From the human T2T-CHM13v2.0 reference genome, Homo sapiens, in assembly GCF_009914755.1 (NCBI RefSeq), contig NC_060933.1: a stretch of DNA of 64,000 bases; one strand, written 5' to 3'. Every line of letters starts with the position of its first letter. Within the stretch, counting starts at the first letter, position 1. A program made the translations under genes and the position numbers. A model generated the notes under the pieces. It saw nothing but the letters and a program-made list of their open reading frames with translations, was not told the origin of the DNA and searched no databases. Positions 1 to 42,441 of this stretch are shown here, in pieces.

Positions 1-1427
1 TTCTCCCTTGTGCTGAATCAAAGCCAGCCGCCCCATAATTTTCATGCGCTGGCCACCCTAGAGAACATGGCTGGCCCTGCCTCCAGAACAGCTGCAGAAA
101 TCTGCAGACAGGAACCAAGTCCTCTGGGTTGGTCCAGATGTTTCCTTGTTCCTCTAGGACCTCCTCTTCCTGTCCCTCTTCTATCACAATTAGTCAGTGC
201 CTCTTCTTAAAGTACAATACCTATTCCCAAATGGGACATCACCTCCTTCATTCTACATCTGGTGCCTCTGTTAATGCAACCAGAGGGATTACATCAAAGC
301 AGCTCCTTAGTGCTTACCAAGAGCATAGACATTCTTTCTAGATCCTTTGAGGCTTGCAGTCAAGAAGTCCTTTCCAGGCCAGAAACGCTGCCTGCCCCAC
401 TCCCTCCATCCTGACCTAGTATGGCCCAGGATTGATTCTCTCTCTTCTCTTTCTCTCTGTGTCTGTCTCTTACTGTCACATTCACACTTGCACACACTCA
501 CTCACCCTTGCTGTGCAGTTTCTCTGACAACTGTGGACACAAAGCTGGATTTGCCCTCCCAGGGCAGGGCAGGGCAGATCAGGCCGGAGGATCTCTTTGG
601 GAAGCCCTGTGGGGCAGGGGCAGAGTGGCCTGTCAGAGGGAATGGCCTGGGGACTCCAAGGAAAGTGGGAGAAGGCAGCTGACCTTTCCAGCACAATTCC
701 CTACTGTGAGGAGGCTCCTCCAGCCCAGTCCCTGAGAGACGAGGGGCCCGTTCAAGGGACATGCCCACAGGAATTGCTCGCAAGTGGCGCACAACATCTC
801 AGAGATAGGGAAGAACCTATAAATCCTCTCCTGCCACCTCATGTCATCAGTGGGGACCATGAGCCAGGGGTGGTAAGAGCCCTGGGCATGGAGCCAGAAC
901 AGCTGGGATTGATTCAGGGCCTGCAAGGCGCAGCTGGGACCCTGGGCAAAAATCACTGTATCTTTGGGAACTTGGCTGCCTCAACTGGAAGCGGGTCTCA
1001 TTGGGGCCTAATGTTCAAGGTCGTTGGGAGGGTGGAACAGCACTTGGCGCTGGAGAGAGCTCAGTGCAGAGAGTTGCTCCCTGTAGGACACCCCTGGATG
1101 CCTAACAGTAACCATGACAACAGCAAAGCCAGCAATTGCAGAAGCCGCACCCGCCATCCACCCCTGCACCCAGGCCTCACTGTCAGCACGTTCTTACATC
1201 GCCAGGTCGAATCCCTAAGTTCTGTGACACTGTCCCCACTTCACAGCAGAGGATGCTGAGCCTGGGAAATTAGGTCAGGCTCAAGGTCATGTGGGTACTG
1301 GGTGGCAGAATCAGTTTCGAACCTGGCCATCTGCCTCCAGAGCCGACAGTCTGACCGCCTTGCGGATCCGCCTCAGTTTCCTCTCTTCTCTCATCTTTCT
1401 CTTGCTCTTTCCCTCCTCTCTCTTCAG

Positions 1428-29840
<28,413 letters not shown>

Positions 29841-31650
29841 CCTCTGACCTCGTGGCCACTCTAGGCCTCACGGAGGAGGGAAGAGGAAGAGGCAAGGGGA
29901 GGGTACTGAGGGGCAGATGGCTCCAGGAGAGGCAGCTCCCCTGCCCAAGGGTCCTTGGGCAGACCCCAGCTGTTGTCTGCCCAGTAGAAGTGGGTGGGGG
30001 TAGGAGGGGATAGGGTGTCCTTGGGAACAATGGATCCCAGCTTAGCCCCAAAGACCAACCAAAGAGCCAGCCAGAGTAAGCTGGACCTGCAACCTGCCTG
30101 AGCCCCGTGGCCTCTCAGCTCTGCGGCCACCCCGTTCCCTCCCCAGCTTCCTGCCCAAAGAGCCCCACATTCAAGCCAACTTGAGGGAAGGGGGCGTCTC
30201 GTCAGCTGGTCCCTGCTAGGGAGCTATTGATGTGCAATATTAGAAAGGAGACATGAAAAAAGGAGAAAAGGAAAGACAGAAGTGTATATATATATTATTT
30301 AAACAAACAAAAAGAAGGTGCGTTACTATTTTTTTTTCACCCGGGAAAGAGGTGAGAGGATGGGAAGGAGCAGCCAGGCGTGGGAAGCGGCGAGATCCTC
30401 GGGCTGGGGGTGCCCACGTTTGCTACCTCCCACTGTGAAATCGCTGGTGCTCACAATTGTCTCTCACAGTGTATGTGATTTTTTTAAGGAAAAAAAAAAA
30501 TCCCTATTTAAGATTCTGAAGGTGCTACCATTATTTTGCCACAGACTTTGAAGAAACTTTTGGATGTGGGGCATCATCCGCATCTTTCTCTCTCCTCCAA
30601 ATGACAAAGTTTGGGGAATTTTTGAATTTTCCTAGCATCGCCCTTGTGCTCATCAGGTAATCTGCTAAGGAGGAAAAAAGAAAAGAAAAAAGGAAAAAAA
30701 AAAAAAAAAGCAAAACAAAAACAAAAACAAAAACCCTACCAGAAACCAGAAGTAGAGAGATTTACCATATAACTTATGGACTTTGAAATGTCTGTCCTTT
30801 TAAGGCAGCAGGGAGGCCTGGGTGCGAAGCATGTTGGCTTGGCCCTTCACGGTCCTGGAGGGAGGTGAGGCTGGCCTTGGAAGGCGTGCCCTGGAGAGGT
30901 CTTGGGTGAAAACTTGACCTTGAAGAAACCAATCACAAAAGCGGCGTTGGGTCAGGGCTAGGCTTAGAGGTGAAGCATCAACATGGAACCATCTCAGGAA
31001 GCCGCATCGCCTCTTCCGAGGTCCTCACTTCCAGGAGCCTGTCCTTGCAAGATGCAATCATCGTTCCTGCTTTTTCATTGTCATTAAATTCTGTAGAAAC
31101 CCATTGTCATTAGCTCCAAGTGTAAATTTGGGTCAAGGAGACAGAATAATAATGGGAATCTCGGAGTTCGACACCATAGTGACGTTCAGCGTCCTCTGAA
31201 TTGTGCTACATCAGCGAACAAGTCGGCGCTTGAATTGGATTTTGAGGTTATTTTAACCATGGAATTATTTTTATAGAAGGGGAAAATGTATGTGAAAGTC
31301 TCTATTTGTGTATTTCTCTCCTAAAGTTGTGTCTCTTTGGGAATTGGATTTGATTTTTATTATTTAATACCTCACTTTGGCCCGTCCCCCCTCCCAACAC
31401 TTCTGTATCCTCGCCCTGCCGCCCCAGCCTGGACGCTCTGCGTGGAAGTGCGTGTTTGTAGCAGCTCGGGCCTCATCTCAGCGCTCGGATCCCTCCTGCT
31501 GCCAGAATCCACTGGCCTCTGTCTCATTCTTGGGTTTTCCTGCTGTCTTCGTTTACGTCTCTGTCCACATGTCAGTGTATTAAAACCCCAATGGGTTCCG
31601 TTTCTCCTTTTCCCCTCTGGATTTTAAATAAATATTTAAAACTGAGGCAA
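29841..31650 (+). other. COL27A1: COL27A1 3'UTR
   Basis: Free of interspersed repeats after the stop; ends near AATAAA at 31627; repeats resume at ~31750. Confidence 0.75.
31627..31632 (+). terminator. COL27A1 polyadenylation signal AATAAA (ATTAAA also at 31579-31584)
   Basis: Hexamer at end of the unique 3'UTR. Confidence 0.7.
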
Positions 31651-31749
31651 TGGAATGACACGCCTGTGGTCCCGTGCTGCTTCTCAAAGCTCAGGGGGGC
31701 AGTTTCTGGCTGGGCTGGGATAGGGAGTGGGAGGAGATGCTCAGAGGAT

Positions 31750-32172
31750 GTCCTCCTTACGCTGTAACAAATACCACAAACTTGGTGGCTGCAAACAACA
31801 CAGAACCGTCTCTCTCGCAGTTCTGGAGGCCAGAAGTTCACACAGGCAGTGTTGGCAGGGCCACACTCCCTCCAAAGCCTCAAGGGGAGGATCTTTCCTT
31901 GCCTCTTCCCGCTCCTGGTAGCCCCAGTCATTCCTTGGCTTGCAGCTGCAGCACTTCGGTCTGTGTCCCTGTGGTGACACGTGTTCTGATGTGTCTCTCT
32001 GCTCCATCTTCTCTTTATGAGGACCCCAGTCATATTGGATTAGAGCCCACACTCATGACCCCACCTTAACTTACTTTCATCTGCAAAGGCCTTATCTCCA
32101 AATGAGGTCACATTCACTGGTGCAGGGGGTTAGGACATATCTTTTGGGGGGACACGATTCAACTCCTAACAC
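31750..32172 (-). mobile_element. MLT1 (ERVL-MaLR) LTR
   Basis: GCTGTAACAAATACCACAAACTTGGTGGCT...TCACATTC...GGTTAGGAC. Confidence 0.8.
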
Positions 32173-32434
32173 ACAGGGAGGAGGTACACTGAGGTTAACA
32201 TGAGCAATTTGTTTTTATTATTATTGTGGTTAATTACACATAACATAAAATTTGCCACTGGTGATAGTACATTCAGAATGGTGTGCAACGTTACCATGAT
32301 CTAATTTCGTATTATTTTCATCACCCCTAAAGGAAACCTGTACCCATTTTAGCAGTCCCACCCTCCCCCAACCCCTGGAAAATCACCAGCCTGCTTTCTG
32401 TGTCCACGGCTCTGCCTACTCCAGACATTTTATA

Positions 32435-32515
32435 TTACATTGGTGCCAAAGTAATTGCGGTTTTTGTCATTACTTCTAAATGGCAAAAACCGCAATTACT
32501 TTGGCACCGACCTAA
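32435..32515. mobile_element. MADE1 (Hsmar1-derived MITE) inside an L1 fragment
   Basis: ~80-bp palindrome TGGTGCCAAAGTAATTGCGGTTTTTG...CAAAAACCGCAATTACTTTGGCACC, TA on both flanks. Confidence 0.93.
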
Positions 32516-32849
32516 TACAAGTGGAATCATACAGTATGTGGCCTTTTGTGACCCCGGCCTCTTTCACTCAGCGTGATGTTTTCAAGATTCATCTGTGTCG
32601 TAACGTGTATCAGTACTTCATTCTTTTTATGGTTGAATGTACTCCATTGCATGGATAAACCACATTTTGTTTACCTACTCATAAGCTGATGGATATTTGA
32701 GCCAAACTGGTGGACATTTGGGCTGTTTCTACCTTTGGCTATTGTGAATAATGCTTCAAAAGGAGTGATCCCTGCCTGTCACATTCTTGAGAGAAGTCAC
32801 AATAGTACCTGCCACGGAAGAAGTGAGTGGGTGTGAGTCTGGGAGATGG

Positions 32850-33025
32850 CGTTGCCAGACTTAAAAAATAAAACTATAGGATGCCCAGATCAATTTGAAT
32901 TTCAGATAAACAATAGCTATTTTTTAGTACAAGTATGCTCCATGCAATTTTGAGGAAATGCTTATGCTAGAAATCTTTTTATTTGTTATTTATCTGAAAT
33001 TTATACGTATCTGAGTATCCTGGCC
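32850..33025. mobile_element. MER53 palindromic MITE
   Basis: GTTGCCAGA...TTTGAATTTCAGATAAACAA...TTTATCTGAAATT. Confidence 0.75.
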
Positions 33026-33195
33026 TGGAGCCCACATTTCCTGACCCTTGTTTCAGATCTCTTTCTTCCTCAGCTTATTCCTCCTTCCCTGGGACAATGA
33101 ATAATCAGAACTTTTCTGCCATTCTCATTGAGGAGAAAGAGCACATCACTAACAGTTGAGTTTATACCCAGGATTTTATATTTTAAAAACTTGCA

Positions 33196-33838
<643 letters not shown>

Positions 33839-35559
33839 CTCCTCAAGCTGAGGTTGAAAGAGAAGGAATAGAAGTGAGCCAGATGGGGAAGGGCACTTGG
33901 GGTAGAGGGAACAGTGCCTGCCAAGGCCCAGAGGTAAAGGTAGCACTTTGCATTTGGGAACGGTAAGTGTTCCCATGTGGGGCTGCAGGAAAGGGTGAGG
34001 AAGCCTGCGGTATGGAGCTGGGAACATGACAAGTCACAGGTTTGCACAGATGAGCAGAGGTCTGAGTTGGCAAGTTGGGTTTGACTGCCATGGGGCCCTG
34101 GAGCAGAGCCATCCAGGAGGCAGCTGCCTGCGCTGCGAGGAAAGGAGAGAGGTCTGCACTGCACTCAGAGCTCTGGAGGCATCAGCAGTTTCTGCTAGGC
34201 CTGGAAGACATGGGTAGAGATTGAAAAAGCCAGCCAGAAGGGCCAGAGGGGGAAAGCAAGAAGAGCCATGTTAGAACTGTGACACTCACGACTCTCGGCC
34301 TGGTCTCCAATCCCAGGTGGGCCAGTGAGGATGCTGGAGCTGGGCCAGCTCATTCCCAGCAGGGGCAGATAGGAGGTTGTTGGGGACAGAAGGAAACTTT
34401 TCCTAAACTGGCAGTACCCACAGTTCCCAATCTCCTGTTGCACAACTGAGTGTCAGGAAACAGTCAGGTGGACTTCCCAGGCTGGGCCAACTCCAGGGGA
34501 AAGCCCAGGCCAGCCTGTTTGCCCTGTTCACAATGAATCAAACCCTAGCTATGGTCACAACCCATAATGGCCGGCAGCCCAGGATTGGAAAAATGAGGAA
34601 AAGAAGAGCGAGAAAAAGAGAGGCTGGCAGGCAGATTCCAGTTCCTGACTGGGACATGGCCCTGGGTAGGTCATTCTTTCTCTCTAGGCCTCAGTTTCTC
34701 TCTCTGCAAAATGGGGCCGATATGCTCTGCCTTTCTTGCCAGCCACAGAAAGGACTATTGTTCAATAATAGTAGAGTGAACGGTATGAAATAGAATAATA
34801 TCCAATGCTTTTGGACCTGCAAAACCCAGTTTCATATGGTTCAACCCAAGAATAGCACCATTCAGAAGAATAATGGCTACAATTTCTTGTGCATGGACGG
34901 CACACCAGGTGGCATGCTCGGTGCGATCTCATGCGCATGTGCATGTGATCCCACATTTTCATCTCATACACAATCTCGTGGGACACATGTTGTAACCCTG
35001 GCTTTTCAGATGAGGAAACTGAAGTTCAAAGAGGTTTCTTAAGTTGCCCAAGATCACAAAACAGGATTTGAACTTGAGAAAATCTTTTTGGGTCTTTCCT
35101 CAGCCCAGTCACAGAGTTCCCCATGAGGACAATTTGCTCAGCCTATGTATTCTCATGTGGAAGCAGGTCACAGGTTGGTCTTACACAGACCTTGGCTCTG
35201 GCCTTGATGAAGAAGGGTGGAATGTGACTTTTTCAGGAAATGAAGTGTTTCAAACAGGTGCATTTCCCTGATGACTTCCAGCTCACCTGCTGTGTGACGT
35301 TTCCCACACTGCCTCGCCTCTCTGGGCCACTTTTTTCCTCATCTATATAATGGGGGGAATGTCTTATTTTCTTGAGCCTAGGATAGACACGTTTTCATGT
35401 TTTGATATCTTTAAAAGAGAGATGTAGCTTGCAATCACTGAAGTACATATGCAATGCAGAAATTTTTCTTCCCTCCTCACCCCAGCTTGTCTGGGGGATG
35501 GTTAAACTGACAGCGATAGTTATTATAATCAGAAGACCCTTAGGAGCAAATTTATTTTA

Positions 35560-35751
<192 letters not shown>

Positions 35752-36386
35752 TCATAACAACCCAATGAAGTAGGTACCACTATTATTCTCATTTTACAGG
35801 TAGAGATACTGAGGCACAGAGAAGTTCACCAACTTGCGCTTCACCACCAGCCTGTACTGCCTGCCCTGAGGCCTTTTCTCTCTCTTTTGTTCCTGCCTAA
35901 CTTCTTTTGACATCCTGCCAGGGCCAGATGGAGGATAGGGCCAGACGAGCTAGAAGGACTACTTAAAGCCTCAGTCTTTAGAGGCATTCATGCATACCTG
36001 AAATGTTAGGAGACAGAGAAAATTGTACTGTGGTAGGGTAGGTGCCAGATGAGCTTGGAGGAATTACTTGGATAGTCTAAGGTGGAGAGTGAGACCCCCA
36101 AGCGGCAGCCTGAGGGACAGTGAGGACACTGAAGACCACTTACTCCTGCCGAGGAGAGGCACTCGGAAGCGCCTCTGTACTGCATTCACAGTGCACAGCT
36201 CCGCTTTGAATGGTGGTAGCTCTCCTTATTCACCCTTCCCCTACACAGGCTGCGCCTGGGATCTCTACACTCGAGCAGACGGAGACCCCAGACCCCATTG
36301 GCCTAAGTGCCTGAACGTTATAAATCAAAAGTATTTTAAATGAAGCTGACATGTTTACATTTAAGTTTTAGAAATTTAATTAATTA

Positions 36387-36673
<287 letters not shown>

Positions 36674-36769
36674 TTAATTAAATCATGTCCAAAAGATTTG
36701 TACAACTGAAAATTATTCACGAGGCTAGCATGCAGCCTCTACATGCCCATGTCAAGAACCAGATTCAAT

Positions 36770-37102
<333 letters not shown>

Positions 37103-37718
37103 CTACAGACATCAGACACACACATTTAGGAGTAATAATGATGCAATATTGCCAAATGTTTCTCAGCAACCATGTGCAACTGTTGCATGTACTGTTTATT
37201 TCTAACTCAGGAGGATCTCTCTAACCACACATTGCAAGAAAATAGACTTTCGGTGTTTCTGGCAAAACAAAGAGTTTTTTTGTTGGCATTTATGCTGAAA
37301 GGGAAGAGTTAAAATGTTAATTTGTCTTTTTTCTTACCTCCAAGTTCACTCAAATCCTCTCTTGAAGCAGTGTCTGTCTCCTATGTCTGCGGTGGCATCA
37401 TCCACGAAGTATCAGGACATTTGACCTGTTGTTTTCAGAGTCGAGTGCCACATGTAGAGATTGTTTCCTGGGGCCTAAACAGTGTTGGTTGTGAAAGAGA
37501 ATAATCAGTGATGTGGGTCCCACTGTGCCAGTACCAGGCACCAGATCCCAAAGGACAGAGGTGCTTATCTGTTATTTAATAAACTGTTGTGTGTGGGTGG
37601 GTGTGTGGGTGGGTGTGATATGTGGGGCTCTCTAAATCCCTGGGCCCCAATAGTCCAGGTCTAATGGTGGTGCTGTCCCCACACAATGCTCAGCTTCTCC
37701 TCAAAATACATGGTATCT

Positions 37719-38002
37719 GGGCTGGGCACGGTGGCTTACACCTGAAATCCCAGCACTTTGGAAGGCCGAGGCGGGTGGATCACTTGAGGTCAGGAGTTCA
37801 AGATCAGCCTGGCCAACATGGCGAAACCCTGTCCCTACCAAAAATACAAAAGAAATTAGCCAGGTGTGGTAGTGACACCTGTAATCCCAGCTACTAGGGA
37901 GGCTGGATAGGAGAATTGCTGGAACTCGGGAGGCGGAGGCTGCAGTGAACTGAGATCGTGCCACTGCACTCCAGCCTGGGCGACAGAGTGAAACCTTGTC
38001 TC
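37719..38002 (+). mobile_element. AluS whose tail is a GATA microsatellite
   Basis: TSD ATGGTATCTGG at 37710-37720 and 38266-38276. Confidence 0.93.
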
Positions 38003-38030
38003 AGATAGATAGATAGATAGATAGATAGAT

Positions 38031-38074
<44 letters not shown>

Positions 38075-38101
38075 TAGATGATAGATAGATGATAGATAGA
38101 T

Positions 38102-38149
<48 letters not shown>

Positions 38150-38182
38150 GATAGATGATAGATGATAGGTAGGTAGATAGAT

Positions 38183-38237
<55 letters not shown>

Positions 38238-38263
38238 GATAGATAGATAGATGTTAGATAGAT
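38003..38263 (+). repeat. Compound (GATA)n tetranucleotide STR, ~260 bp
   Basis: Directly visible. Confidence 0.98.
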
Positions 38264-39199
38264 GAATGGTATCTGGAGTCTGTCCCCATCATCTCACCCC
38301 TGGACCACTGCATCAGCTCCAGCTGGTTTCTCAGGTTTAATCTCCTTCCCTAGCCCTCCCCATTCTTCCCATTCAGACAGAGCGATCTTTCTGAAGAACC
38401 AATCTGGTTATGCCTTTCCAACCCCTTTGAAATCTTTCCATTTCTCTCCTACACCTCCTAAGTCTAGCGAACCCCTCAGCCTGGCTTCCATGCCCTGCAG
38501 GCTCCATCTCCTGCCAACCTCTTCAACATAAAGTCTGGCCACTCCCACTTATCATGTGCTCCAGCTGCACAGACTTTCCAGCTCCCTGATACACCCACTC
38601 TCTCACCTGCGCTCTTCCCTCTTGATAACTCCAATCATTGTTTCAAGCCTCAAATTAGAGCAATGCAAATTCAAGAAACAAACCAAGCTGGCAAAAACAC
38701 AAAAAAGAAAGGAAAAAAAAAGGGTCATTTCTGTTCTGACAAGGATGGGGATAAGGAGACTCACTTGTACACTGCCAAACTGACATTCAAAATCCTTAGT
38801 GCTTTTGGATTTGTCATGTTTGGGAGGAGGGTTTTTAAATCATCGGCTTTCTTGAGGTTGAATAAATAAAAGAAAATGCACACATTTTAGGTTTACTGTT
38901 CAATTAGTTTTTACAACTATACGTGTGTGTGTATAATGGCCACCACGATGACAACCTGGATCGTTGTCATCCACTTCAGTGTTCTCTCATATGCTTTTGC
39001 AGTCAAATTGCCCTCTTTTGCCCTTGGCAACCACTGATCTGATTTCTAAAATTATAGATTTGTTTGAGCTGTTCTAGAACAGAACCGTACAGTATATAAG
39101 CTCCTTTGTATCTGGCTTCTTTTGTTCAGCATAGTGTTTTTGAGATTCATCCATGGTGTTATATGTATCAATAGTTTAACTATTTTTATTGTTAAGTAA

Positions 39200-39588
<389 letters not shown>

Positions 39589-39771
39589 CCTTGGATTATT
39601 TCTAATTTTGGCTATTTTGAGCAATGCTGTTATGAACATTAATATGTAAGACTTTGTGCATAGCACGTGGTTTCCTTTCCCTTGGATACTAAGGTAATTT
39701 TAAAAGGGAAATTGGCTGCTCTCTGACACTTATCATCAGAGGAAAAATCACAATATGAAATGCTGTTAGAT

Positions 39772-41055
<1,284 letters not shown>

Positions 41056-41159
41056 TCCATTAAGCTTTTAACTACAAACTACACTGAAATATGAAAGTTA
41101 TTCAGAATGAAATGAATAAGAATGCAAAATTATAATCATACTGTAAGAATACTTTCTGA

Positions 41160-41443
<284 letters not shown>

Positions 41444-42164
41444 TGAATACTTTCTGAAAGTATTTATTCATACAAATAAAGACTTGACCCGTGAGGTAGG
41501 AACACAAATGGGCCACGGAATCACTCATTCCACAGAATATACCGAGTGCCCTTGAAGTGCTGGGCACTGCTCCAGGATTGGGGGCGTATTGGTGAAAGAG
41601 AAGCAAGCTGCCTGCTCAGATGGCAGGGAATGGGGGAAAACAGGGAGACAGTTTCCTGTTTGAGATGTTGGGAGATGCTTCGAGTAGTATATTTACTGGA
41701 AATAGACATTCAACTTGGATGTCCCTTTTTGGAAATGTGCCTGCGTCCAGGGCTGGGTTGGGGCCCCATTGAACTTTGGCTCTGACACAGCTGTTGCCAC
41801 ACTCAGTGGAACTGAATCTATGTTTGTCTTCCCCGGCATCCTTCACCCCAACTCTCCCCGCCACAACATACATCCCATGCCAGCCTGGGGACCCTCAAAG
41901 GTGGCTTCATCATTAGGTTTGTGGCTGGGTCCCACTGAAGTAAGTCTTGGCACTCAGAGGGATAGGAATTGAATGAAGACATGAGATTCCTCTGCGGGAG
42001 GCCTCTCTAGGAAATCTGTGGACTCACACGTTTACTAATGTTGCTGCAGCCCCGCACCCACCTTGGCCTTGGGCAGCCATACTCTAGGGCTTTTGTAACC
42101 TCTCCATGTGAGGAACTCAAATTAGACCTGGGTTTGGAGGCGGTGCTCCGAGCTGGCCTTTGGG

Positions 42165-42268
42165 GGAGGTTTTGTGCGAGGCATTTCCCAAGTGCTGGCA
42201 GGATTGTGTCACAGACACAGAGTAAACTTTTGCTGGGCTCCAAGTGACCGCCCATAGTTTATTATAAA
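42165..42268 (+). promoter_or_regulatory. ORM1: ORM1 proximal promoter: C/EBP-type elements and TATA box
   Basis: TATAAA at 42263-42268, 60 nt before ATG; upstream TTTTGTGCGAGGCATTTCCCAAG...GATTGTGTCACA resembles the AGP C/EBP-binding region. Confidence 0.75.
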
Positions 42269-42327
42269 GGTGACTGCACCCTGCAGCCACCAGCACTGCC
42301 TGGCTCCACGTGCCTCCTGGTCTCAGT

Positions 42328-42441
42328 ATGGCGCTGTCCTGGGTTCTTACAGTCCTGAGCCTCCTACCTCTGCTGGAAGCCCAGATCCCATTGTGTGCCA
42401 ACCTAGTACCGGTGCCCATCACCAACGCCACCCTGGACCAG
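42328..42441 (+). CDS. ORM1: ORM1 exon 1 (coding part)
   Basis: MALSWVLTVLSLLPLLEAQIPLCANLVPVPITNATLDQ / gtgagt. Confidence 0.97.

Noticed and set aside
597-1259. 220-aa ORF
   Set aside because: Intronic GC-rich sequence, no ATG at the listed start, no recognisable domain; chance ORF.
38003-38263. CRISPR-like or other prokaryotic system
   Set aside because: The window is human DNA; the arrays are simple microsatellites with no spacers.
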